From NCBI GenBank assembly GCA_038252255.1, contig JBBSAM010000008.1, forward strand, positions 75,424 to 139,423: a stretch of 64,000 nucleotides of DNA, read 5' to 3'. The stretch is from Acidimicrobiia bacterium (GTDB lineage: Bacteria; Actinomycetota; Acidimicrobiia; IMCC26256; JAENVU01). Numbering within the stretch: the first letter of the stretch is position 1; each line of letters opens with the position of its first letter. The notes beneath the pieces were generated by a model. The model did no database searches and was not told where the DNA came from. It was given only the letters and a program-made list of their open reading frames with translations. Made by a program: the position numbers and the translations under genes. Positions 1 through 8,792 of the stretch are shown here, piece after piece.

Positions 1-515
1 TCGCGCAGCGCCCGGACCGACGGCAGGAGCCGGTGCGTCACCTCTTCTACCGCCGCGATGTTCATCGCGGTCGGGAACGTGTCGTTCGACGACTGCGACA
101 TGTTGACGTGGTCGTTCGGGTGGATCGGCGTCTTGCTCCCCCGCTCCCCGCCGGCGATCTCGATCGCCCGGTTGGAGATGACCTCGTTCACGTTCATGTT
201 CGTCTGGGTGCCCGAGCCGGTCTGCCAGACGTAGAGCGGGAAGTGGTCGTCCAGCTCACCCGCGATGATCTCGTTCGCCGCCTGGGTGATGAGGCCCGCG
301 TATTCGTCGGACAGCTTCCCGAGGTCCCGGTTCACATCGGCCGCGGCCTTCTTGAGCACGGCCATGGACCGGATCACCGCGTCGGGCATCCGATCGTCGG
401 CCACCGAGAAGTGGTGCAACGACCGCTGGGTCTGCGCGCCCCAGTAGCGGTCGATCCCGACCTCGATCGGGCCCATGCTGTCGCTCTCGGTGCGGGTGCT
501 CTTCGGGTCGGCCAT
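1..515 (-). CDS. fumC: Fumarate hydratase class II, N-terminal 171 codons (gene runs off the window start)
   Basis: Not in the ORF track because there is no stop inside the window. Manual translation from ATG 515-513 (preceded by GGGAGGGG) gives [50 protein letters not shown], the class II fumarase/aspartase signature. Confidence 0.85.
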   Translation of the reverse strand, partial: MADPKSTRTESDSMGPIEVGIDRYWGAQTQRSLHHFSVADDRMPDAVIRSMAVLKKAAADVNRDLGKLSDEYAGLITQAANEIIAGELDDHFPLYVWQTGSGTQTNMNVNEVISNRAIEIAGGERGSKTPIHPNDHVNMSQSSNDTFPTAMNIAAVEEVTHRLLPSVRALR

Positions 516-573
516 GTCCCCTCCCTCGCCAATCGGACGGTATCGCGCTGCCTCCCGCCGAGCGCATCCGGGA

Positions 574-709
574 CCGCCGGAGCGCACCGGGCAATCGCGG
601 TCGATCGGTTGCGCTCCGGAGATCCGGGGAAGGAAGACCGCCGGAGCGCACCGGGCGATCGCGCTCGACTGGTTTGCTGGTTGCGCTCCGGAGATCCGGG
701 GAAGGAAGA
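574..709 (+). repeat. Tandem direct repeat of two hairpin units (64 nt and 72 nt)
   Basis: Unit 1 is 574-637, with stem CCGGAGCGCA 577-586 / TGCGCTCCGG 610-619 and a 23-nt loop. Unit 2 is 638-709, with stem 641-650 / 682-691 and a 31-nt loop. Both end in AGATCCGGGGAAGGAAGA. The pair lies between divergent fumC and the DUF885 gene. Confidence 0.9.
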
Positions 710-736
710 TCCCGCTACACGCCCCAAGGAGCCCCT

Positions 737-2434
737 GTGCCTGCTGCAGATGACCGTGCCGTAGCCGCTCTCGCCGATCGCTACGTCGAGCGCCACGCCC
801 GCCTCGATCCGGTCGCCGCGACCATGGAAGGGATCGCGGACCACGACACCGAGATGACGGACTACTCCCCCGACGCGAGCGAGGAGCGGGTCGAGCTCGA
901 TCGTACGGCGCTGCGCGAGCTCGCGGCGCAGACGCCGACGACGGATCAGGAGCGCGTCGCGGCGGAGATGATGCACGACCGGCTCTCGATCAACGTCGCG
1001 CTGTACGAGCTCGGCGAGCACCTTCGCGATCTGAACGTCCTCGGCTCGCCGGTCCAGGGCATCCGGCAGGTCTTCGACCAGATGCCGACGGACACCGAGC
1101 ACGACTGGGAGACCATCGCGGCCCGAGTGGGCCTTGTCCCCGAAGGGCTGTCCAGCTTGCAGGGCGCGTACGACGAAGGTGTGGCACAGGGACTTGTCGC
1201 GGCCCGGCGCCAGGTCGTCGGCTGCGTCCACCAGGCCGAGGTGTGGTCCGGAACCGACGACGCGCACACCCGGCCGTTCTTCCTCAGCCTGGTCGACCGC
1301 TTCGATGCCAGCGGCATCCACGCCCCTGGCCTGCGCGCGACGTTGGAAGAGCGGGCGGAGCGTGCGACCGCGGCGTACTCGTCGTTCGCCCGGTACCTCA
1401 TCGAGGAGTACGGGCCGCATGCGGACGAGCACGACCCGGTCGGTGCCGAGCGCTACGCGGTCTGGGCGCGGGTGTTCAACGGCACCGAGCTCGACCTCGA
1501 GGAGACCTACGCCTGGGGTTGGGACGAGCTGTACCGCATCGAGCACGCGATGGGGAGCGTGGCGGAGCGGATCCTGCCCGGCGAGCCGCTCGTGTCCGTG
1601 ATCGAGATGCTCGAGACCGACCCGGCCCGCTCGATCGAGGGCGAGGACAACCTGCGCGCCTGGCTGCAGGACATGATGGACCGCACCATCGCCGAGCTGG
1701 ACGGCGTCCACTTCGACATCCCCGGCCCCGTGAAGCGGGTCGAGGCGATGATCGCGGAGCCGGGCGGTGCGGCCGCGATGTACTACACGGGCCCGTCGGA
1801 GGACTTCTCCCGCCCGGGGCGCACCTGGTACCCGACCCTCGGCCGGACCCACTTCCCCCTCTGGGGCGAGGTGTCGATCTGCTACCACGAGGGTGTTCCC
1901 GGCCATCACCTCCAGGTCGCTCAGGTGCGGTACCTCGCCGACCAGCTCAACCGGTACCAGCGGACGTTGGGCTGGGTGTCGGGTCACGGCGAGGGATGGG
2001 CGCTCTACGCCGAGCGCCTCATGGGCGAGCTCGGCTACCTCGAGAACCCCGACTACGAGCTGGGGATGCTGCGCGCGCAGGCCATGCGCGCGGTGCGCGT
2101 CGTGGTGGACATCGGCATGCACCTCGAGCTGCCCATCCCCGACCGCGAGCGGTACCACCCGGGCGAGCGCTGGACCCCCGAGCTCGCGTTGCCGTTCGTG
2201 ATCGAGCGCAGCATGTTCCCCGAGGACTTCATGCGCAGCGAGGTGGACCGCTACCTCGGCCTCCCCGGCCAGGCCATCTCGTACAAGGTCGGCGAGCGGG
2301 TCTGGCTCGAGGCCCGCAACGCGTCGAAGGCGCGCCACGGCGATGCCTTCGACCTGAAGGCGTGGCACAAGTACGCCCTCGACCTCGGCAGCATGGGCCT
2401 CGACCAGCTCCGCGCCGAGCTCGCCCGCTTCTAG
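737..2434 (+). CDS. DUF885 family protein (metallopeptidase-like, HEGVPGHH motif)
   Basis: ORF 674..2434. Start trimmed to in-frame GTG 737, preceded by AAGGAG at 726-731. Contains [13 protein letters not shown] and the overall DUF885 architecture. Confidence 0.8.
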   Translation: MPAADDRAVAALADRYVERHARLDPVAATMEGIADHDTEMTDYSPDASEERVELDRTALRELAAQTPTTDQERVAAEMMHDRLSINVALYELGEHLRDLNVLGSPVQGIRQVFDQMPTDTEHDWETIAARVGLVPEGLSSLQGAYDEGVAQGLVAARRQVVGCVHQAEVWSGTDDAHTRPFFLSLVDRFDASGIHAPGLRATLEERAERATAAYSSFARYLIEEYGPHADEHDPVGAERYAVWARVFNGTELDLEETYAWGWDELYRIEHAMGSVAERILPGEPLVSVIEMLETDPARSIEGEDNLRAWLQDMMDRTIAELDGVHFDIPGPVKRVEAMIAEPGGAAAMYYTGPSEDFSRPGRTWYPTLGRTHFPLWGEVSICYHEGVPGHHLQVAQVRYLADQLNRYQRTLGWVSGHGEGWALYAERLMGELGYLENPDYELGMLRAQAMRAVRVVVDIGMHLELPIPDRERYHPGERWTPELALPFVIERSMFPEDFMRSEVDRYLGLPGQAISYKVGERVWLEARNASKARHGDAFDLKAWHKYALDLGSMGLDQLRAELARF

Positions 2435-2464
2435 TCCCCGCGTCGGCGGAGGGTCGGCGCGGGG

Positions 2465-3283
2465 TCAGGGTTCGAGTGGGCGGTTCGTCCACGTCCCGTC
2501 GGCGCGGCGGAACCAGCCGCCCGCGGCCAGGCTGCCGCCATCGGCGTGGATCGTCGAGCCGGTCACGAAGGCGGCGAGGTCCGAGGCGAGGAAGAGCGCG
2601 ACGCCGGCGATGTCGTCCGGCGTCCCGAACCGGCCGACCGGGACCCATTGCGGGATCAGCTCCTGTTGCGCTTCGGGAACCCAGCGGGAGTAGGGCACCT
2701 GGATCGTCTCGGTGAGGTCCGGCGCGATCGCGTTCACGCGCACGCCGTCGTTGCCGAGCTCGACCGCGAGACTCTTCGTGAACTGCGTGATCGCGCCCTT
2801 GAACGCGCTGTACACCGGTCGGCGCGGGATCGCCCGGAACGCTTCGACGCTCGACACGTTGATGACGCTTCCCCACTTGCGCTGCACCATCCCGGGAACG
2901 AAGGCCCGCGTGCAGAGGAAGACGTGCTCGAGGTTCACGCGGTACAACGCGCGCCACTCGTCGGATGAGCTCGTCAGGAAGTTGCCGTCCCCGGGAAGGT
3001 AGTGCCCGACGTTGTTCACCAACACGTCGACCGACCCGACCGTGGCCGCCAGGTCCGTGACCGCGCCCTCGTCGCCGACATCCACGACGGCACCCGACGC
3101 GTCCCCACCCGCGGCCTGGATCGCGGTCACGGTCTCCTCGGCCCGCTCGGGATTGATCTCCGCCACCACGACGTGCGCGCCATGCGCCGCGAACGTCTCG
3201 GAGATCGCGCGGCCGATCCCGCCCCCACCCCCGGTGACGAGCGCTACCCGGCCCGTCAGGAGCGGACCCGGCTCGTGGCTCAC
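2465..3283 (-). CDS. SDR family oxidoreductase
   Basis: 272 aa with Rossmann motif LVTGGGGGIGRAI near the N-terminus and SDR-typical length. GTG start overlaps the stop of the upstream peptidase gene by 4 nt (GTGA at 3280-3283). Confidence 0.85.
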   Translation of the reverse strand: MSHEPGPLLTGRVALVTGGGGGIGRAISETFAAHGAHVVVAEINPERAEETVTAIQAAGGDASGAVVDVGDEGAVTDLAATVGSVDVLVNNVGHYLPGDGNFLTSSSDEWRALYRVNLEHVFLCTRAFVPGMVQRKWGSVINVSSVEAFRAIPRRPVYSAFKGAITQFTKSLAVELGNDGVRVNAIAPDLTETIQVPYSRWVPEAQQELIPQWVPVGRFGTPDDIAGVALFLASDLAAFVTGSTIHADGGSLAAGGWFRRADGTWTNRPLEP

Positions 3284-5094
3284 GGAGCCGGAATCGTGAC
3301 GCGGCCCGTCGCGAGCGCGGCCGCTTCGGCCGCCTCCAGCTGGTGCTCGATGATGCGCAGCCCACCATCCCAGAAGACCGGATCGGCGAGGTCGACGCCC
3401 ACGATCTTCCCGAGCTCCTCCGGCGGGAGCGAGCCACCGCGGGCGAGGAGCTCGAGGTACGACCCGACGAAGCTCTCACCCTGGTCCTCGTACCGCTTGT
3501 AGACCGACAGCGCGAGCAGCTGGCCGTAGGCGTACGCGTAGACGTAGCCGGGCATGCCGATGAAGTGCGGGACGTAGGACCACCAGGTCCCGTACCCCTC
3601 GGTGAGCTCGACGGAGTCGCCGAGCATGGCGGCCTGGCTCTCGGTCCAGTGGCGGTTGAAGTCGTCGACGCTCAGCTCGCCTTCCTCGCGACGGGCAGTG
3701 TGCACGGCGTTCTCGAACCGGTTCATCGCGATCTGACGGAACACCGTCGCGATCTGGCCTTCGAGGCTCTCGGCGAGGAGCGTGAGGCGGGCCTCGGGCT
3801 CGTGGGTGGCAGCCAGCAACCGGCCGAAGGTGACGGTCTCGCCGAAGACCGACGCGGTCTCGGCCAGCGTCAGCGGCGTGCCCTGATGGAACACACCTTG
3901 CTCGCGAGCCAGGTAGGCGTGGAGACCGTGACCCATCTCGTGGGCCAGGGTCAGCACGTCACGCCGCCGCGAGGTCCAGTTGAGCAGCAGGAACGGATGC
4001 TGGGACGGAACCGTGTACGCGCAGAACGCTCCCGGCCGCTTCCCCGGCCGCACCGGCGCGTCGATCCAGTGCTCGTCGAAGAATCGTTGTGCCACCGCGG
4101 CCAGCTCGGGCGAGAACGACCCGTAGGCGTCGAGCACGAGTCCGCGGGCCTCCTCCCAGCCGAACTCGGCGTCGACGGTCGCCACCGAAGCCATCCGGTC
4201 GTAGTCCGCGAGCTGATCGAGCCCGAGCAGCTGGGCCTTGAGCGCGTACCAGCGCTGCGGGATGTCGTTGCGCTTCTGCACCGCGTCGATCAACGCGGCC
4301 ACGGACTCGTCGCTCGCCTCGTTGGCCAGGTTCCGGCTGGCGATCCACCCCGGATACGCGCGCAACCGGTCATCGGTCGCCTTGTCCGCGAGCAGCGTGT
4401 TGAAGACGAAGGCGCGCGTGCGGAGCCCTGGGGCCAGGCCCGCGGTCACGGCCGTGGCCGCGGCCGCCCGCACGGACCGGTCGGGTGACGCGAGCCGCGA
4501 CAGGGCCTGTTCGAGGCCGACCGTCTGGCCGTCGAGCTCGATGGCGATCATGGACGTGAGCTCGTCGAACAACCTCGACCACGCGCTCGCGCCGGTCACC
4601 TCCTTCTCCGCCAGGATCTTCTCTTCCGGCTCGGAGAGCAGGTGCGGGCGGTACCGCCGGGCCGAGCGCAGGTGGTGGCGGCAGAACGCGAGCCGGTCGT
4701 CGGCGAGCAGCTCGTCCACCCGCTCCTCCGGGAGCGCAGCCCATTCGAGCTCGAAGAAGATCACCCGGGTGCTGATCGCCGTCGAGCGCTCCTCGACCCG
4801 TTGCATGAGCGCACCGAGCTCCGGGTTGCTCGTGTCGACGGAGAACCGCAGGCCGGCATAGGAGCCGGCCCGGCCCAGCAGCTCGGCGAGCTCGGCGGTC
4901 TCGTGCATCACCTCGGCCAGACCGGCGGCATCGAGCTCGGCGACGTGGCCGCGGCGCATCTCGAGCTTCGCGGCGAGCGCGTCCGCCTTGTCGAGCTGCG
5001 CTTCGACGCCGGCGCCGCCGCGCCCGTCGACCAACGGCTCAAGATCCCACGCAACGTCGGCAGCGGAGCGGTCGGCAGTCTCGGTGGTCGTCAT
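3280..5094 (-). CDS. M3 family oligoendopeptidase (PepF-like)
   Basis: 604 aa with zinc motif HEMGHGLH; length and flanking sequence are typical of M3B oligoendopeptidase F. Confidence 0.85.
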   Translation of the reverse strand: MTTTETADRSAADVAWDLEPLVDGRGGAGVEAQLDKADALAAKLEMRRGHVAELDAAGLAEVMHETAELAELLGRAGSYAGLRFSVDTSNPELGALMQRVEERSTAISTRVIFFELEWAALPEERVDELLADDRLAFCRHHLRSARRYRPHLLSEPEEKILAEKEVTGASAWSRLFDELTSMIAIELDGQTVGLEQALSRLASPDRSVRAAAATAVTAGLAPGLRTRAFVFNTLLADKATDDRLRAYPGWIASRNLANEASDESVAALIDAVQKRNDIPQRWYALKAQLLGLDQLADYDRMASVATVDAEFGWEEARGLVLDAYGSFSPELAAVAQRFFDEHWIDAPVRPGKRPGAFCAYTVPSQHPFLLLNWTSRRRDVLTLAHEMGHGLHAYLAREQGVFHQGTPLTLAETASVFGETVTFGRLLAATHEPEARLTLLAESLEGQIATVFRQIAMNRFENAVHTARREEGELSVDDFNRHWTESQAAMLGDSVELTEGYGTWWSYVPHFIGMPGYVYAYAYGQLLALSVYKRYEDQGESFVGSYLELLARGGSLPPEELGKIVGVDLADPVFWDGGLRIIEHQLEAAEAAALATGRVTIPAP

Positions 5095-5121
5095 GTTCGC
5101 TCCTTGTTCGCTCTCGAGGCG

Positions 5122-7440
5122 CTACGGCGCGAGCGCTTCGGGCAGGGCATCGGCGTGCACCACGGTCAGAGTCTGCGTGGCGCGGGTCAGGGTCACGTAC
5201 AGCAGGCGGAGGCCCGCGGAGTCGGGGTTCACGAGCCGGACCGGTTCGACCACGATCACGTGGTCGAACTCCAGGCCCTTCGCGTCGGTCGGCAGCAAGA
5301 CCCCGATCGGTGCGTCGAGCGCCTCGGCCGCGTCGGCTACCGCGCCCAGGTCTGCGAGCGACTCGGTGATCGCCTGGTGCAGCTCGTTCGGTGCGATCAC
5401 GGCGACGGTTCCACCGGCCCCGACCGCGGTCCGGGCCGCGTCGGCTGCGCCCGCGACGAGATCGGTGACTCGGGTGAACCGGGGCGGGAGGCCGGTGCGC
5501 CGAACCGCCTGGGTCGCTTCGACACCCGACGCCGCCGCCGTGAGCAGGCGGTTGGCGAGATCCATGATCTCGGCGGGCGTGCGGTAATTGACCGTCAGGG
5601 TCACGCGGCGCGGCGCGTCGTGGGTCGGCACGTGCTCGAGCACCGCGTCCCAGCTCGTCGCCGCGCCCGGCCGGCTCGCCTGCCCGAAGTCCCCGACGAT
5701 CGTCATCGACCCGTTCGGGCAGCGCCGGGCCAGCATGCGCCACTGCATCGGGGTGAGGTCCTGCGCTTCGTCCACCAGCACGTGACCGAAGGTTCGCAGC
5801 TCGGGGATCGCGTCGGCCGCCGGGCTGCTCCCGTCGCCGTAGCGCTCCGCCAGCGCCGCCGCGGTCGTGTAGCCACCCAATCCCAGCTCCCGCACCACGC
5901 TCGCCGCCGCCTCGACCGCCTCGCGGTCAGCGCCACCGCGCCCGCGCCGCCGCGGGCGCGCCGCCTCGACGGGCCCCAGCAACGCGTCCGCTTCGTCGAC
6001 GAGCGCGACGTCGGCTTCGGACCACGGCACGTCGCGAACGGAATCGGAGCGGGGCCGGAAGAGGCTGCGCTGCTCCTCGCGCGCCAGCACACCGTCGGAC
6101 GCGGACCGGATGAGCGCGTCGAAGCTGAACAGGTCGTGCACCAGCTCGGCGCCGGTGAGCACCGGCCACATCCGCTCCAGCGCGATGCGGAAGTCCGGGT
6201 GGCGACGAAGTCGCACGGTGAGCTCGCGCTCCCATTCGCGCGACGGAGACTCTCCTCGCGCTAGCGCCGCGGCCACCTGCGGGTCGTAGCCCGAGTCGAA
6301 GTCCTCTTCCAGGCCCGGGAGAGTGTCGAGGTCCAACACCTCTCGATGCGATCGAGCGAGCGCGGCGCGGTACTGCGACACGAGCCGGTCGAGCAGCATG
6401 CGCTGCACGAGCGGGCGTTGCGCGTTGTGGGTGCCGGGCCGTCGCTGGACCCGCTCGAGGACGCGGCGGCACTCGCGACGCGACAGCCGCAGCCGGAGTC
6501 CGTCGATCGTGATCTCGACGTCGCGCCGGGGTGGCCGCTCGCGATCCGCGAGCGCGCGGCGCAACACGGTCGTCATGCGGGCGTCGCCCTTCGTCCGCTC
6601 GACGGAAGGTGGGTCGAGGTGCTGGGCCCCCAGCTGGGGCTTCAGCCCGCGCACCGTGGCCAGCTGCACCTCGTGCTCCCCCAGCGACGGGAGGACCTGC
6701 TCGATGTAGCGGAGGAAGACGGGGCTCGGACCGACGAGCAGCACTCCCTGGGACCCGAGGCGGCGCCGGTACGTATAGAGGAGATACGCCGCGCGGTGCA
6801 GCGCGACGGCGGTCTTGCCGGTGCCCGGCCCGCCGGCGACGATCACGACGCCCGGGAGATCGGCGCGGACGGCTGCGTCCTGCTCCGCCTGGATCGTCGC
6901 GACGATGTCGGCCATGCGACCGGTGCGATGCCGTTCCAGCGCGGCGAGCAATGCACCCTCGCCGAGGACGGTGAGCCCGGCGGCCTCGACGGCGTTCGGA
7001 TCGAAGACCTCGTCGTCCAGGCTCACGACTTCGCGACCGTGGCGCGTGATGAGGTGCCGGCGGCGGAGCACACCCATCGGATCGATCGCGGTCGCGCGGT
7101 AGAAGGGCTCCGCGACCGGCGCCCGCCAGTCGATGACCAGCGGTGTCCGCTCCTCGTCGTCGACCGCGAGGCGCCCGACGTAGAAGCGGTCACCCTCCTG
7201 CCAGTCGATGCGGCCGAAGCAGAGCGGTGCGTCGCCGATGTCGAGCGCGGCGAGCCGCCGGTGCGTGGTCTCGACCGCGATGTCCCGTTCGAGGCGCGCT
7301 TGGTGGGTTCCTCCGGCCCGCACGTCCTCGTAGGCCGCCGCCACGCTCTCGGCCGATTCGCGCATCGCGCTCAGCCGCTCGTAGACCGCGTCGAGGTACG
7401 CCTGCTCGGCGGCAATCTCGGGATCGGAACGGTCGGACAA
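5122..7440 (-). CDS. helD: HelD-like UvrD-family helicase / RNA polymerase recycling ATPase
   Basis: 772 aa with Walker A GGPGTGKT, a coiled N-terminal region and a UvrD-like C-terminal domain; architecture matches actinobacterial HelD. Confidence 0.75.
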   Translation of the reverse strand: MSDRSDPEIAAEQAYLDAVYERLSAMRESAESVAAAYEDVRAGGTHQARLERDIAVETTHRRLAALDIGDAPLCFGRIDWQEGDRFYVGRLAVDDEERTPLVIDWRAPVAEPFYRATAIDPMGVLRRRHLITRHGREVVSLDDEVFDPNAVEAAGLTVLGEGALLAALERHRTGRMADIVATIQAEQDAAVRADLPGVVIVAGGPGTGKTAVALHRAAYLLYTYRRRLGSQGVLLVGPSPVFLRYIEQVLPSLGEHEVQLATVRGLKPQLGAQHLDPPSVERTKGDARMTTVLRRALADRERPPRRDVEITIDGLRLRLSRRECRRVLERVQRRPGTHNAQRPLVQRMLLDRLVSQYRAALARSHREVLDLDTLPGLEEDFDSGYDPQVAAALARGESPSREWERELTVRLRRHPDFRIALERMWPVLTGAELVHDLFSFDALIRSASDGVLAREEQRSLFRPRSDSVRDVPWSEADVALVDEADALLGPVEAARPRRRGRGGADREAVEAAASVVRELGLGGYTTAAALAERYGDGSSPAADAIPELRTFGHVLVDEAQDLTPMQWRMLARRCPNGSMTIVGDFGQASRPGAATSWDAVLEHVPTHDAPRRVTLTVNYRTPAEIMDLANRLLTAAASGVEATQAVRRTGLPPRFTRVTDLVAGAADAARTAVGAGGTVAVIAPNELHQAITESLADLGAVADAAEALDAPIGVLLPTDAKGLEFDHVIVVEPVRLVNPDSAGLRLLYVTLTRATQTLTVVHADALPEALAP

Positions 7441-7590
7441 CGCGACTCCGAGCGTCGGGGGAGCAAAGCAGTCTACGAGAAAGGGTGCCCACCATGCCCA
7501 CTCTCCAAAGATCTCCGCCCTCCGGTCGCGCGGGCGCGGAGTCCCGGGCGCCCGGCGGCGGTCCCGGCTCGAGCCGGCCCGGGGCGGTGT

Positions 7591-8205
7591 CTAGATCTGG
7601 CGGGGAATGGTCACCTCGACCGCGGCGGGATCGACGAGGAGGAGCTGGTCACCGAGCTCGAGCCCGCCGTCGCGCCCGACCAGCTCGCGCCCACCGAGGT
7701 TCGGGACGGGCTGGCTCTCACCGCCGAGGTGCCGCTCGACGGCCCGGATCACCCCGGCGTGGGTGATCACGAGCCCGGTCGCGCCGCCGGAGGCCGACGC
7801 GATCTCGGTCAGGGCCTCGACGGCCCGCACCACGAGGGGCTCGTCGAGCTCGAAGCTGGGCGGCCGCCGGTATTCGCCCAGGTAGCCGGGCCACACCTCT
7901 TCGATCTCGACCCGGGTCAGCCCGGTCCACTCCCCCGCGTCGCGTTCCTCCAAGCGGGCGTCCTCGGAGACCTCGAGCCCGATCCGCGCCCCGACGATCA
8001 CCGCGGTCTGCCGGGCCCGCTCGAGCGGGGACGTCCAGAGCGCGCCGATCTCGTACGCCGTGGTGCGCTCCCCGGCCAGCGCCCCGGCCACGGCCTCCGC
8101 CTGGCGCACCCCGAGCTCGGATAGCGGTGGGTCGGCCCGGCCCTGCCAGCGGCCCTCCGCGTTCCACGTCGACTGGCCATGACGGACCAGCAGCAGCCGG
8201 CTCAC
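7591..8205 (-). CDS. Histidine phosphatase family protein (phosphoglycerate-mutase-like)
   Basis: C-terminal 204 codons of track ORF 7591..8802. Starts at GTG 8205: VSRLLLVRHGQSTWNAEGRWQG.. (RHG catalytic motif). The N-terminal extension in the track is Arg/Pro/Gly-rich overprint. Confidence 0.85.
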   Translation of the reverse strand: MSRLLLVRHGQSTWNAEGRWQGRADPPLSELGVRQAEAVAGALAGERTTAYEIGALWTSPLERARQTAVIVGARIGLEVSEDARLEERDAGEWTGLTRVEIEEVWPGYLGEYRRPPSFELDEPLVVRAVEALTEIASASGGATGLVITHAGVIRAVERHLGGESQPVPNLGGRELVGRDGGLELGDQLLLVDPAAVEVTIPRQI

Positions 8206-8660
8206 TCGTCGGTGGGTCTCGCGTCGACCAGGTCGAATTCCCCGTTGCGGAAGACGAGCGCCGCCGGGACCCCTTCGAGAGGCGGGCGCAGGCCGCCGCG
8301 CATCGGATCCATGTAGACCCGAACCGTGCGCTTCCCCCCGGCGGTCGGGAGCGTGACCCGGTCGGACGCGGGCCACTTCACGGCCGCGGGCGGCAACACG
8401 AGCGATTGGTACGCACCGAACTTCTGGCGCGTGAGCGAGGCCTCCACCCGGGCGACCGCGGGCGCCACGAACGCCGCGGGCAGCTTGAACTTGTCGAGCT
8501 CCTCCTTCACGACGGCCCGGAGCGCCGCCCGGCCCGAGACGGACTGCTCGATCGCCCGGGTGCGCGCAAGGTTCGAGGCCTTGTTGACCCGCGCCAAGGT
8601 CTCGGCCAGCAGATCGTGCTGGTCCGGGTCCGGCAGGAGGCGAACGGAGAGCGGAGCCAT
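8202..8660 (-). CDS. Hypothetical 152-aa protein resembling the N-terminal (pre-RuvC) part of IS200/IS605-family TnpB
   Basis: Intact ORF with nearly all codons ending in G/C. N-terminus SVRLLPDPDQHDLLAETLARVNKASNLA matches the TnpB pattern (xRLxPxxxQxxLxxTxxxxxxxxN). KLPAAFVAPAVARVEASL and VTLPTAGGKRTVRV..AALVFRNGEFDLV match later TnpB N-terminal blocks. The ORF stops where the RuvC-I DxG block would begin. Its stop overlaps the phosphatase start (GTGA). Confidence 0.6.
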   Translation of the reverse strand: MAPLSVRLLPDPDQHDLLAETLARVNKASNLARTRAIEQSVSGRAALRAVVKEELDKFKLPAAFVAPAVARVEASLTRQKFGAYQSLVLPPAAVKWPASDRVTLPTAGGKRTVRVYMDPMRGGLRPPLEGVPAALVFRNGEFDLVDARPTDE

Positions 8661-8713
8661 GGTGAGCGCGAGCGTGCCAGATCAGCCGAGCCGGAGCGAA
8701 CCACTTTCCCTTG

Positions 8714-8765
8714 CCCGCCGGAGGGCGTCGGGCGATCGCGGTCGAGCATCCGCCCTCCGGAGAAC
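8714..8765 (+). repeat. Third copy of the hairpin element seen at 574-709
   Basis: Stem CCGGAGGGCG 8718-8727 / CGCCCTCCGG 8751-8760 with a 23-nt loop TCGGGCGATCGCGGTCGAGCATC. The loop is 17/23 identical to unit 1 and the same length. The two stem differences are compensatory. Same 5' CCG and 3' AGA flanks. Confidence 0.8.
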
Positions 8766-8792
8766 TTCGAGCGAGATGTCTAGTCTGCGGCG

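Noticed and set aside
574-709. Possible CRISPR array
   Set aside because: There are only two directly abutting units with no unique spacers, and no cas genes in the window.
374-2368. 664-aa minus-strand ORF, plus overlapping ORFs 1243..2715 and 2229..3479
   Set aside because: These are antisense or out of frame to the well-supported DUF885 and SDR genes. They are Arg/Pro/Gly/Ala-rich with no motifs, typical high-GC overprint ORFs.
8202-8660. Calling this a functional IS200/IS605 transposable element or mobile_element
   Set aside because: There is no RuvC or zinc-finger part, no tnpA, no omega-RNA region and no clear paired ends. Only a TnpB-like N-terminal fragment and one nearby hairpin are present, so it is reported as a hypothesis, not as a mobile element.
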